From a virus: a stretch of DNA of 64,000 nucleotides. Positions 26,230-35,789 of this stretch are shown piece by piece; position 1 is the stretch's first letter, and each line of letters begins with the position of its first letter. The translations under genes were made by a program, and so were the position numbers. Under the pieces are notes generated by a model that saw only the letters and a list, made by a program, of their open reading frames with translations, made no database searches and was not told the origin of the DNA. The stretch spans positions 54,465 through 118,464 of the IMG/VR virus record IMGVR_UViG_3300032334_001019. One strand, written 5' to 3'.

Positions 26230-26781
26230 TTATGATGGGAATTGTGTCATTAAATTTTTTGTTTTTGGCGTAATACCGTGCCAAGATGACCAATCTTTTC
26301 CACCGTTACTCATATGATATGCAATTTGAGCATTTAAAACTGGATTGAATAATTCAGCATTAGAAGAGAGTTCAAACTTATCTCTTCTATCTGGACCAAG
26401 AATTCCTAGCATGTTAATTTGAAAAAGTCCAAAAGATGAGTCTCCAGTGCTTGCATTTCCGTTAAATGCTAGAGGTCTTCCTCCAGATTCTTTTTTAGCA
26501 ACAGCCCAGGCCTCAATAAGGTCCTTTCCTTTAAATCCAACTAAAGATAATAAACTTTTTAACTCTAGATCAGTTAGAGAAACCTTATTTGAAAAACTCT
26601 CCAACATTTTCTCTTTAGAAACCAAAAAAACCTCTTTCGAGGTAGTTTGCGATGTCTGAGCCTGTTCGGGACTCAAATTATTAATAGTATTAGCGTTAGC
26701 AGCATTAGAAAAAACACTGATAAGTGCTACGGTACTGAGTATGCTAATGATCTCTTTGTTTCTTTCGATAAATTTAATCAT
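26230..26781 (-). CDS. secreted lysozyme-like / lytic transglycosylase
   Basis: Start corrected to MIKF (AAGGAGG RBS, TTGACT-N17-TATACT promoter); signal peptide ending ANA; AKKESGG catalytic Glu, SFGLFQIN, DWSSW. Confidence 0.75.
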   Translation of the reverse strand: MIKFIERNKEIISILSTVALISVFSNAANANTINNLSPEQAQTSQTTSKEVFLVSKEKMLESFSNKVSLTDLELKSLLSLVGFKGKDLIEAWAVAKKESGGRPLAFNGNASTGDSSFGLFQINMLGILGPDRRDKFELSSNAELFNPVLNAQIAYHMSNGGKDWSSWHGITPKTKNLMTQFPS

Positions 26782-26912
26782 AGTTTCCTCCTTAGAAAAC
26801 AATAACACCCTGGTAGGTGTCTACTGATAAGTATAACATGTTTTTGTCTCAAAAGTCAAATATTGTAACATTTTTTATAAAATAATTTATTCAAACATGG
26901 TATAATAATTAA

Positions 26913-27323
26913 ATGGCTACGCTCAGAGGGTCTCAATCATCATATGATATTGGAAACAAACCACCAACAGTTATTTGGACAGTTGTTCGTGGTGATACAT
27001 CTGGTTTTAAAGTTTATGTTACAGATGATGCTCAAGTTCCTTTAATTTTAAAGGGTGATGAGTCTGAATGGGATATTGCCATGAAGATTAAAAGACCAAA
27101 CTCAACACCTGGAGTTATTACTGATGATGCAGTTACAATTATGGCATTGCATCCAAGAGCAGATGAAGATGATCTAGTTGGTGAATTTACGGTTTGGCTT
27201 ACAGCAGAAGAATCTAATGTCTTACAGACAGGAGACATCTTTGATATTCAGGTTAGCGACCCAACAAGAGTCTGGACAGTTTGCCAGGGTAGCATGAAGA
27301 TTCTTGAAGATGTAACAGATTAA
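26913..27323 (+). CDS. BppU-N-like (RGDT) virion protein
   Basis: WTVVRGDT...IFDIQV...GSMKILEDVT. Confidence 0.55.
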   Translation: MATLRGSQSSYDIGNKPPTVIWTVVRGDTSGFKVYVTDDAQVPLILKGDESEWDIAMKIKRPNSTPGVITDDAVTIMALHPRADEDDLVGEFTVWLTAEESNVLQTGDIFDIQVSDPTRVWTVCQGSMKILEDVTD

Positions 27324-27547
27324 TGGCAACAGCAATACTACTAGATAACTTAAACGGTAAAACTAAAAAAATATTCCCAATTGATTATTCATTAATTGAA
27401 ATTAAAGGTTCAAATCAAAAAGTTATTATAAATGATGTTTTACCTTTTAGAGTTAGGTTTACAGCAATACAAATTGAAGGAATTGGTTTGGGTAATACCC
27501 CAGCAATTCCATTGCAGGTTATTGGATATAGCAACTATATTCTTTAA
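27323..27547 (+). CDS. hypothetical virion-associated protein
   Basis: Coupled to the upstream gene. Confidence 0.5.
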   Translation: MATAILLDNLNGKTKKIFPIDYSLIEIKGSNQKVIINDVLPFRVRFTAIQIEGIGLGNTPAIPLQVIGYSNYIL

Positions 27548-27582
27548 TAATATTATTTAAAAAGAGGGGTTATAATTACCAC

Positions 27583-28029
27583 ATGGCTAAAATATCAGTT
27601 CCAGGAGTAAAAAGTCTATTTCAAACAGGTGATAGACCAACTCAAGAAAATTATGTAGATTTAATTGATACCCTTGTTGCTCAATCAACAGATTTGGGAT
27701 CAGCAGGTAATAATGAAAATACAATCAATGGTATTGAGAATGTAACTGTAGTTGATAATTTTGACGCCACAGTTTGGCGTATGGTTAAGTACATTGTTTC
27801 AATATCAAAGACCTCTGCAGGGGACAACAAGTTCTATGCAACCGAACTAACAATTCTCGTTGACGGTACAGATGTATCAGTTAGCGAATATGGCACAATC
27901 GACAACGATGGGAATATTGGCACCATTAGCGTCTCTCGCACTGGAAATACCGTGGCTTTAACAGTCACTCCAGATCCTGCGATCAAGCCAGTCACTGTAC
28001 GATTTGCTCGTATGGGACTTAAGGCATAA
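27583..28029 (+). CDS. putative fibre-associated protein
   Basis: KSLFQTGDRPTQENYVDLID N-terminus; C-terminal domain (SEYG) resembles that of 28046..29854. Confidence 0.6.
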   Translation: MAKISVPGVKSLFQTGDRPTQENYVDLIDTLVAQSTDLGSAGNNENTINGIENVTVVDNFDATVWRMVKYIVSISKTSAGDNKFYATELTILVDGTDVSVSEYGTIDNDGNIGTISVSRTGNTVALTVTPDPAIKPVTVRFARMGLKA

Positions 28030-28045
28030 TAAAAGGAGATAAAAA

Positions 28046-29854
28046 ATGGCAACAGTAAATAAAGACTTTAAGATTAAGAGTGGCCTTATTGTTGAGGGTA
28101 CAACAGGTACAATCAACGGTTACGATATTCTTACAAAGAAAACAGCAGACCAAAACTATATTATTGGTCTTATTGGTGGATCAGCATCATCAGATGCTAC
28201 ACCAGATACAGTAGTACTTCGTGATGGAGATGCAAACTTTGCTGCAAACGAAATTACAGCAAATCTTTTTGTTGGAGATCTTGATGGCCAGGCTGCAACA
28301 GTTGATAGCCTTTCAGGTCATACAACAACAGAAATCTCAGAAGGTTCAAACCTTTACTTCACAAACCAAAGAGCACTTGATGCAACTAATGCTGCATATG
28401 ATCCAGCAGGTTCTGCAGCAGATGCTCAGGATGCAGCAGAAACTTATGCAGAGGGTTTAATCTCTACAGAAGTTACAAACCGCAACTCAGCAATCTCAAC
28501 TGCAAAGGGTGAAGCAATTTCTTCTGCTAATTCATACACAGATGGAGAAATCACAGACGCACTTACAACTGCACAAGGCTATGCTACAACAGCACAGGGC
28601 AATGCAGAAGATTATGCAGAGGGACTTATTTCAACAGAAGTAACAAACAGAAATTCAGCAATCACAACAGCAATTGATTCAGAAGTTACAGCACGTAACT
28701 CAGCAATTGCTACTGCTAAGGGTGAGGCAATTTATTCTGCTAACTCATACACAGACAGTGAAATTGCTTCTCTTGTAGGTACAGCACCAGATATTCTTGA
28801 TACTCTTGGAGAATTGGCAACAGCACTTCAGGAAAACCCAGATATTATCTCTGATCTTCAGGATATTGCAGCAGGAAAGCAAGATTCATTTACAGCAGGT
28901 GACGGACTTACATTTAATGGTACAAGCCTTGATGTAGAACTAGATCCAACAAGTGGTCTTTCACTTGCAACAGGAATGCTTGCAGTTGATACAAACATAA
29001 TTGCTACAACAGTTTATGCTGACGGAGTTGCTTCAGATGCACTTGATAGTGCAGAAGATTACACAAACTCTGCAATCTCAACAGAGGTTTCAAACCGTAA
29101 CTCTGCTATCTCTGATGCAATCTCAACTGAAGTTACAAATCGTAACTCAGCAATCTCAGATGCAATCTCAACAGAGGTTTCAAACCGCAATGGTGCAATC
29201 TCAGATGCGATTTCAACAGAAGTTTCAGATCGTAACTCTGCAATCACATCAGCAGTAAATGCACTTACAACATCTGATATCGAAGAGGGAACAAACCTTT
29301 ACTTCACAGATGGTCGTGCTAAGACTTCAGCAGCAGATCTTTTGACTGGTGCAACTCTTACAAATATCACAATCACAGGTTCAGGTTCAGGACTTACTAT
29401 CACCGCAGAAAACGGTGTAGCAGATTCTACAACTGATGATCTTGATGAGGGTACAACAAACAAATACTTTACAGCACAAAGAGCAGTAGATGCCCTTGAA
29501 GCAGTTGTTCCAAACTTTACAGCAGTTGAGTTAAACTCAGTTGCTAAGCAGGTTGCAGCAACAACATCAGTTCCAGTAGCAGGAATCTCAACAGGATATG
29601 CATGGGCTAAGGCTGACTACCGTTCAGCAGAGTTCCTTGTAAAGGTTGCTTATGGAACACATACAGAAATCTCAAAGGTACTTGTTACACTTGACACTTC
29701 TGATAATATCGCAATCACTGAGTATGGCATTGTTGGAACAAATGGTTCAGCATCATCAGTTTCAGCAGGAATCTCAGGAAACGATGTACAACTTCAGGTA
29801 ACAACAGTTAATAACAACTCAACAGTTACTGTAGTTGGAACATTGCTTGCTTAA
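28046..29854 (+). CDS. coiled-coil tail fibre-like protein
   Basis: EG.NLYFT repeats, APDILDTLGELA motif, AISTEVSNRNSAISD repeats. Confidence 0.7.
   Translation: MATVNKDFKIKSGLIVEGTTGTINGYDILTKKTADQNYIIGLIGGSASSDATPDTVVLRDGDANFAANEITANLFVGDLDGQAATVDSLSGHTTTEISEGSNLYFTNQRALDATNAAYDPAGSAADAQDAAETYAEGLISTEVTNRNSAISTAKGEAISSANSYTDGEITDALTTAQGYATTAQGNAEDYAEGLISTEVTNRNSAITTAIDSEVTARNSAIATAKGEAIYSANSYTDSEIASLVGTAPDILDTLGELATALQENPDIISDLQDIAAGKQDSFTAGDGLTFNGTSLDVELDPTSGLSLATGMLAVDTNIIATTVYADGVASDALDSAEDYTNSAISTEVSNRNSAISDAISTEVTNRNSAISDAISTEVSNRNGAISDAISTEVSDRNSAITSAVNALTTSDIEEGTNLYFTDGRAKTSAADLLTGATLTNITITGSGSGLTITAENGVADSTTDDLDEGTTNKYFTAQRAVDALEAVVPNFTAVELNSVAKQVAATTSVPVAGISTGYAWAKADYRSAEFLVKVAYGTHTEISKVLVTLDTSDNIAITEYGIVGTNGSASSVSAGISGNDVQLQVTTVNNNSTVTVVGTLLA
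29071..29250 (+). repeat. 45-bp (15-aa) tandem repeat, about four copies
   Basis: AISTEV(S/T)NRNSAISD units. Confidence 0.75.
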
Positions 29855-29889
29855 TAAAAAATAAAAATAGTTGGAAGAAGGAGTAGTAA

Positions 29890-30339
29890 ATGGCAACAGT
29901 CGATAAAGACTTCAAGGTAAAGAATGGATTAGTCGTTGCAAACGGCGGTACATTTGGAGATGCAGTAACAGTAGGAGCACCAACTCTTGCTGATCATGCA
30001 GCAACTAAGGAGTATGTTGATTCAAGATCTATGGCTGTAGGTAATACTGCTCCTTCTTCACCAACTAATGGAACACAATGGTTAGATACTCTAACAAATA
30101 GAGTTAACTTTTACTATAATGGTGATTGGTATACACAGGCAACTATTGATGATACCTTGACATTACCACAGCACATTCACGATACAGCAATTGATGGAAC
30201 TGGTTTCATAGTATCTCAGTTCTATGAAGGTGGATCATTTAATAGTCCACAAGGAACAGGTTTAGATGCTGGTGGACCAGGTACAACAACTTGGACATCA
30301 GTATTTGATGGCGGTACAGCAGTAGATAACTTCAATTAA
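29890..30339 (+). CDS. short fibre-type protein
   Basis: N-terminus MATVDKDFKVKNGL shared with 28046..29854; HAATKEYVD motif. Confidence 0.6.
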   Translation: MATVDKDFKVKNGLVVANGGTFGDAVTVGAPTLADHAATKEYVDSRSMAVGNTAPSSPTNGTQWLDTLTNRVNFYYNGDWYTQATIDDTLTLPQHIHDTAIDGTGFIVSQFYEGGSFNSPQGTGLDAGGPGTTTWTSVFDGGTAVDNFN

Positions 30340-30396
30340 AAACTGATGTTATAATAAGATAAGTTAATGGGCAGCCCCCATAAAAGGAGAATATAA

Positions 30397-33024
30397 ATGG
30401 CAACAAGAATGCAACAGCGCAGAGGAACTGCACAGCAATGGTTAGATGCAGACCCAGTTTTAGCAGCAGGAGAAATTGGATTTGAGACAGACACTAATGA
30501 GTTCCGTATTGGCGATGGTGTTAACGTTTGGTCAGACCTATCTCCTTTCAAGAATTTAGAAGACCTTGGTGGATCACTTGACGATTATGTCACAGTTGCA
30601 TCAAAGGGTCAAGTTAATGGTGTAGCACCACTTGGTTCAAATGGTCAGATCCCAATCGCATTTTTAGCAGATCTAATTGATGAAGCACCTGAAGCACTAA
30701 ATACACTTGGAGAAATTGCAGATCTTTTGACTACAGTTCAGTCAAGTGTTTCATCTTCAGTTGCAGCACACTCTGGAGACACAACAAATGTTCACGGAAT
30801 TGCAGATACAGCAAATCTTGCGTATCAAGCAGACATAACTACACACAATACTGACACAACAAATGTACACGGTATTGCAAATACAGCAGATCTTGCAACA
30901 AAGACATATGCAGATTCAGCAGTATCAACACATAATTCAGATACAACATCTGTTCATGGCATTTCAAACACTGCAGATCTAGCATTACAGGATGATGTAA
31001 CTGGTGCAGTATCAGCACACAATGATGAAACAGAAAATGTTCATGGAATTGCTGACACATCACTTCTAATAACAACAACTGCAATGGCAAGTGCAATTAC
31101 AACACACAATGATGATACTACATCTGTTCATGGTATTGCAGACACTACAGCACTTGCTACAAAGACTTATGCAGATGGCAAGGCTTCTGACGCTCAAACA
31201 GCAGCAATCTCAGCAGCAGCAACAGCAGCAGATGGCAAGGTTTCAGACCATAATGCTGATACTACATCTGTTCACGGTATTGCAGACACTACGGCACTTG
31301 CTACAAAAACATATGCTGACGGAGCAGTTTCAACTGCAGTATCAGCACTAACAAAATCTTCAGTAGGTCTAGGAAATGTAGATAACACTTCAGATGCATC
31401 TAAGCCAGTTTCAACCGCTACTCAAACAGCACTTGATCTAAAGGCACCACTTGCAAACCCAACATTTACAGGAACTGTTTCAGGTATTACAAAGTCAATG
31501 GTTGGTCTTGCAAATGTAACTAATACAGCAGATGCTGACAAGCCAGTTTCATCTGCTACCCAGACAGCACTTGACCTTAAGGCTAACCTTGCAGGTCCAA
31601 CATTTACAGGAACAGTAACACTTCCTGCAAATACAATTACAAATTCAATGATGGCTGATGATTCTGTAGATACTGCAGAAATCAAAAATTCAGCAGTTAC
31701 AAACGCTAAACTAGCAGGTTCGATTGGATGGGACAAGTTGTCAGTTTCTTCAACAGTTTCATCAACAGAACTTGGATATGTTGATGGCGTAACATCAGCA
31801 ATTCAGACACAGTTGGATTCTAAACTACCACTTGCTGGTGGAACAATGACTGGAGCACTTACACTTTCAGGTGCACCAACATCAGATCTTCATGCAGCAA
31901 CAAAGTTGTATGTTGATAACGTAACTGCTGGAATTAACTTCCATGAATCAGTTCACGCAGCATCAACTACAAACCTTGCAACAATTTATGCAAACGGAAC
32001 ATCTGGAGTAGGGGCAACTCTTACAGCAAATACAAACCGTGCATTTGCAACTCTTGATGGAGAATCTGTTACTCTTGGACAGAGAGTTCTTATTAAGGAT
32101 CAAACAGACGCAAAGCAAAACGGTATTTATACATTAACAACAGTAGGTTCAGTATCTGCTCCATGGGTATTAACTCGTGCAACAGATGCAGATAATAACC
32201 CAACTGGAGAACTAAAGGCTGGAGACTTCTGTTTAGTAATTAATGGAACTGTAAATGCTGGTTATGGATATATTAATAACTCAACAGCAAATCCAATCGT
32301 AATTGGAACTGATAACATTACTTACACAGCATTTAGTGCTGGCAAGACAGTAACTGCAGGCTCTGGTCTTACAGAGTCTACACCAGGAACACTTGATATT
32401 GCAACTGGTGGAGTTACATCAGCAATGATCGCTGATGGAACAATCGTAGATGCAGATATCAATGCTTCAGCAGCAATTGCTAAGACAAAGATTTCTGGAA
32501 CAGCGATCACTGCAGCAGATTCAGGTACAGTTACATCAGCAATGATTGCAGATGGAACAATTGTAGATGGAGACATTAATGCTTCAGCAGCAATTGCACA
32601 GTCTAAGATCTCAGGCCTAACATCAGCACTTTCTGCTAAGGCACCAGTTGATGCACCAACATTTACTAACCTAGTAACAGTTGCAGCATCTGGTGTAGCA
32701 TTTACAGATGGTACACAGACAAAGGCTGGCGTTCCTTCTATCACATCATTTGCAACAGCAATTTCTTCTAGTGCAACTCTTGCTTCTGGTCAACAGGACA
32801 AGTTCGTTCCACTAACTGGAGGAGTTCAGATCACATTGCCTGCAACTGGTTATTCAACTGGTCAATCAATTGATTTCTACCAAGAATCAGGTACAGGAGC
32901 ATCATTTGCTTCAACTAACGGCGTTGTTGGAACACCAGGTTTAAAGTTTAGAACTACAAACTCAGTTGTAACAGCAATGAAGACTTCTGCAGGATGGTTG
33001 GTCTTTGGAGACCTATCACTATAA
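30397..33024 (+). CDS. tail fibre with Mtd_N-like N-terminal domain
   Basis: RRGTAQQW...LAAGEIGFETDT..FRIGDG; six H..D/E...VHGI repeats; C-terminus WLVFGDL. Confidence 0.75.
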   Translation: MATRMQQRRGTAQQWLDADPVLAAGEIGFETDTNEFRIGDGVNVWSDLSPFKNLEDLGGSLDDYVTVASKGQVNGVAPLGSNGQIPIAFLADLIDEAPEALNTLGEIADLLTTVQSSVSSSVAAHSGDTTNVHGIADTANLAYQADITTHNTDTTNVHGIANTADLATKTYADSAVSTHNSDTTSVHGISNTADLALQDDVTGAVSAHNDETENVHGIADTSLLITTTAMASAITTHNDDTTSVHGIADTTALATKTYADGKASDAQTAAISAAATAADGKVSDHNADTTSVHGIADTTALATKTYADGAVSTAVSALTKSSVGLGNVDNTSDASKPVSTATQTALDLKAPLANPTFTGTVSGITKSMVGLANVTNTADADKPVSSATQTALDLKANLAGPTFTGTVTLPANTITNSMMADDSVDTAEIKNSAVTNAKLAGSIGWDKLSVSSTVSSTELGYVDGVTSAIQTQLDSKLPLAGGTMTGALTLSGAPTSDLHAATKLYVDNVTAGINFHESVHAASTTNLATIYANGTSGVGATLTANTNRAFATLDGESVTLGQRVLIKDQTDAKQNGIYTLTTVGSVSAPWVLTRATDADNNPTGELKAGDFCLVINGTVNAGYGYINNSTANPIVIGTDNITYTAFSAGKTVTAGSGLTESTPGTLDIATGGVTSAMIADGTIVDADINASAAIAKTKISGTAITAADSGTVTSAMIADGTIVDGDINASAAIAQSKISGLTSALSAKAPVDAPTFTNLVTVAASGVAFTDGTQTKAGVPSITSFATAISSSATLASGQQDKFVPLTGGVQITLPATGYSTGQSIDFYQESGTGASFASTNGVVGTPGLKFRTTNSVVTAMKTSAGWLVFGDLSL

Positions 33025-33047
33025 TACGAAATTAAAGGAGATTAATA

Positions 33048-34196
33048 ATGTCAAAACAAGCAGGTAGAATGAGCCAAGGTGCAAATGATTTCTTGGCTCC
33101 ATACGCACCAACAATAGGAACAGCAACAGATGTCGGAACAGCACGTCCATATAATAATGGAGCAGCAACCGTAACATTTACTGCAACAGGTCCAAATACA
33201 GCGGACTCATTCACAGTTTATGCTGTTGAAGATCCTACAAAGACTGCTACTGGCGCATCATCTCCTTTAACAGTAACAGGTCTAGCATCTGCAACAAATT
33301 ATACATTTAAGGTATATGGTACAAATACTGCAGGTGGTCGTGGTTCTGATTCTTCAGCATCTAACCAAATTACAGCAACAACAGTTCCTGCTGCACCAAC
33401 AATTGGCACAGCAACAGATGTTGGAACGGGCCGTGCATATAATAATGGTGCAGCAACTGTTACAGCAACTGCAGGAGCAACTGGTGGAAAAGCAATCACT
33501 GGATATACTGCACTTTCTAGCGCAGCACAAACAGGAACTGCTGCAACTAGCCCAGTAACTGTTGGAGGTTTAGCATCATCAACTGGTTACACTTTTACAG
33601 TTAAGGCAACAAATGCTAATGGTGATTCAGCGTATTCTTCAGCATCAAACTCTATAACAGCAACTACAGTTCCAGAAACTGTTGGCACACCTGGTGTAAC
33701 AACCGCTGCAGTTGGTGGTTCAGCAGCACAGGGTGCAGCAAATACTGCAAATGATACAGTTTCATGGTCAGCACCAGCAAATGGTGGAAAAGCAATTGAT
33801 CTGTATTATTGGACATGTTCAGACGGCAAATCAGGAAGCACTGCATCTACATCTATAGTTGTAGGACAAGAATCAAATACAGCACAGACATATAGTGTTT
33901 ATGCACACAACCCTAATGGAAATGGTGGCACTGGAACATCTGCATCAATTACATCAGCGTTCTCATTTACACCATTCTCAGTGTTCTCATTTTCACCATT
34001 TGGTGTGTTCTCGTTTTCACCGTTTGGTGTTTTCTCGTTCTCACCATTCGGATTCTCTCCATTTGGATTCTCGCCATTTGGATTCTCACCATTTGGTGTA
34101 TTCGGATTCTCACCATTCTCAGCAGCGTTTGGTGTATTTGGATTCTCACCATTTGGTGCATCGTTTGGCTTTGCACCATTCTCAGCATGGACATAA
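33048..34196 (+). CDS. fibronectin type III repeat protein with C-terminal FSPF repeat tail
   Basis: Two to three FN3-like units (TVTGL..ATNYTFKV..TN..G...S..SN) followed by a Phe-rich tail. Confidence 0.75.
   Translation: MSKQAGRMSQGANDFLAPYAPTIGTATDVGTARPYNNGAATVTFTATGPNTADSFTVYAVEDPTKTATGASSPLTVTGLASATNYTFKVYGTNTAGGRGSDSSASNQITATTVPAAPTIGTATDVGTGRAYNNGAATVTATAGATGGKAITGYTALSSAAQTGTAATSPVTVGGLASSTGYTFTVKATNANGDSAYSSASNSITATTVPETVGTPGVTTAAVGGSAAQGAANTANDTVSWSAPANGGKAIDLYYWTCSDGKSGSTASTSIVVGQESNTAQTYSVYAHNPNGNGGTGTSASITSAFSFTPFSVFSFSPFGVFSFSPFGVFSFSPFGFSPFGFSPFGFSPFGVFGFSPFSAAFGVFGFSPFGASFGFAPFSAWT
33960..34190 (+). repeat. FSPF repeat tail (5-, 8- and 12-aa units)
   Basis: Units FSPFG, FSPFGVFS and FSPFSAAFGVFG. 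Confidence 0.85.
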
Positions 34197-34212
34197 AAAT
34201 AAAATAAAGATT

Positions 34213-34244
34213 GGCCCTCCTGAAATACGGAGGGCTATTTCTTT
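34213..34244 (+). terminator. intrinsic terminator
   Basis: GCCCTCC/GGAGGGC stem followed by a T-rich run. Confidence 0.6.
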
Positions 34245-34279
34245 ATGGTATACTTTTATTATAGTAGATAGGACTTAAA

Positions 34280-34939
34280 ATGCAATATAGCATGAATATA
34301 CCACCAAGTGTGAGCAAGTCAACACAGCCACACAGATTCTTTGAAAGATTTTTAAATAATGATCTTCAAGAATTAACAGTAGAACTTCAAGATAGATATC
34401 AAAAAATCCAGGAAGCAAAAGTTGCTGGTGTTACACCAGTAGGAGAAAATGAATTTTGGAAGCAGTCTAATAGTGTTTCTACTATGAAGTGGAGACAGTA
34501 TAATGTTTTTCAGTTTCACTCATCTGGACTCTATAATCTTTATTCATCAATCTCTGATATGGTTAAAGAAGCATGTCAGTATTATGGTTTAGATTTTAAT
34601 GAACAGCAATATATGGTTCAGGGTTGGTTCAATATTAACTATACAAAATCTGGTAAGTTAGATTGGCATGACCATGGCCCAGAAGGTGCACCAAACTTTC
34701 ACGGATACTATTGTGTAAGTGCAGAACCTTCTACAACACATTATCGTGTTTTTGATAAGAATGTTGAAAATAATAACTTAAACAACCGTGCAATTTTGTC
34801 TGAAATGGGCCATCCACATGCTCAAGCAGACTGGGACTGGGAAGGTCCAAGAATTACAGTTGCATATGATGTAATTCCATTGAAAGATTTAAAGAAATTT
34901 GCAATGGATCAAGAACAGCATTGGATACCACTAATATGA
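34280..34939 (+). CDS. putative 2OG-Fe(II) oxygenase
   Basis: GWFNIN...WHDH...FHGYYCV...HPH...RITVAYD. Confidence 0.65.
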   Translation: MQYSMNIPPSVSKSTQPHRFFERFLNNDLQELTVELQDRYQKIQEAKVAGVTPVGENEFWKQSNSVSTMKWRQYNVFQFHSSGLYNLYSSISDMVKEACQYYGLDFNEQQYMVQGWFNINYTKSGKLDWHDHGPEGAPNFHGYYCVSAEPSTTHYRVFDKNVENNNLNNRAILSEMGHPHAQADWDWEGPRITVAYDVIPLKDLKKFAMDQEQHWIPLI

Positions 34940-35574
34940 GCGAAAAGAAAGCACACAGATTTTATTTTAGACATTTAGAAAATGATTTAGAAGAACTTAG
35001 TCAGTATTTAACACAAAAACAAGAAGAACTTTTAAACGGAACATGGCTAAATATAGATAAAGAGATTTTATCTGAATACAATAAGTATAATGGACCAACC
35101 ACACAACTTGGTTCACTATACAACATCTTTAATCTTGATGTACCAAGCATAGTTAATCTAAAGTCTGCAATTAGAGATGCAGTAAAAGATGCTTGTGATT
35201 ACTACGAGTTAGATTTTGAGGCATTGGATTATATGATTCATGGATGGTTTAATCTTGACTATAAGACTGAGGGTGACAATGGTGTTAACCCAGTAAAGAA
35301 TGAAGTCTTCATGCATGACCATATGGGTGGAGAAGGTGCACCAGTTTTCCATGGCTACTACTGTGTAAATGCAGAACCATCAATAACATACTATAAGATT
35401 GACGGCAAGCATCTGCATGAAAACCATAATCAAAATAATAAACTAATTGTTTCAGAAACTGGTCATCCACATGGAAGAGATGATTGGTATGAAGATAAGC
35501 CAAGAATCACTATTGCATATGATATCTCTCCTTTAGAAAGAGATGGCAAAGGCGAAAAGTGGATAAAGTTATAA
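34936..35574 (+). CDS. putative 2OG-Fe(II) oxygenase (paralog of the preceding gene)
   Basis: Start corrected to MSEKKAH; GWFNLD...MHDH...FHGYYCV...HPH...RITIAYD. Confidence 0.65.
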   Translation: MSEKKAHRFYFRHLENDLEELSQYLTQKQEELLNGTWLNIDKEILSEYNKYNGPTTQLGSLYNIFNLDVPSIVNLKSAIRDAVKDACDYYELDFEALDYMIHGWFNLDYKTEGDNGVNPVKNEVFMHDHMGGEGAPVFHGYYCVNAEPSITYYKIDGKHLHENHNQNNKLIVSETGHPHGRDDWYEDKPRITIAYDISPLERDGKGEKWIKL

Positions 35575-35789
35575 AGAAGTTGGTTTGCAAAGTTATTGGG
35601 CATTCTATTAATATTCAAGAGTGCCCAGTAACTGGTGCAAAGTTGTCACAGTGTAATAGATGTTCTCCAATTACACATTCATCTAATATGTCTTTTAGAT
35701 AACTCTACAGTTTACATTGAGGTAGAGTTTTACTTTTTCAAAAACTCTGCTATACTTAACACTATTCCGTTTTTGAAAGGACGATACAC

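Noticed and set aside
30397-33024. Diversity-generating retroelement suggested by the Mtd_N-like domain
   Set aside because: No reverse transcriptase and no template/variable repeat pair differing at adenines was seen; Mtd_N is a common fibre anchor.
33895-34278. His-rich alternative-frame ORFs over the FSPF tails (also 24692..25114 and 33967..34194)
   Set aside because: Shadow frames of the TCACCATTT repeat; no RBS or promoter, and synonymous variation preserves the FSPF frame.
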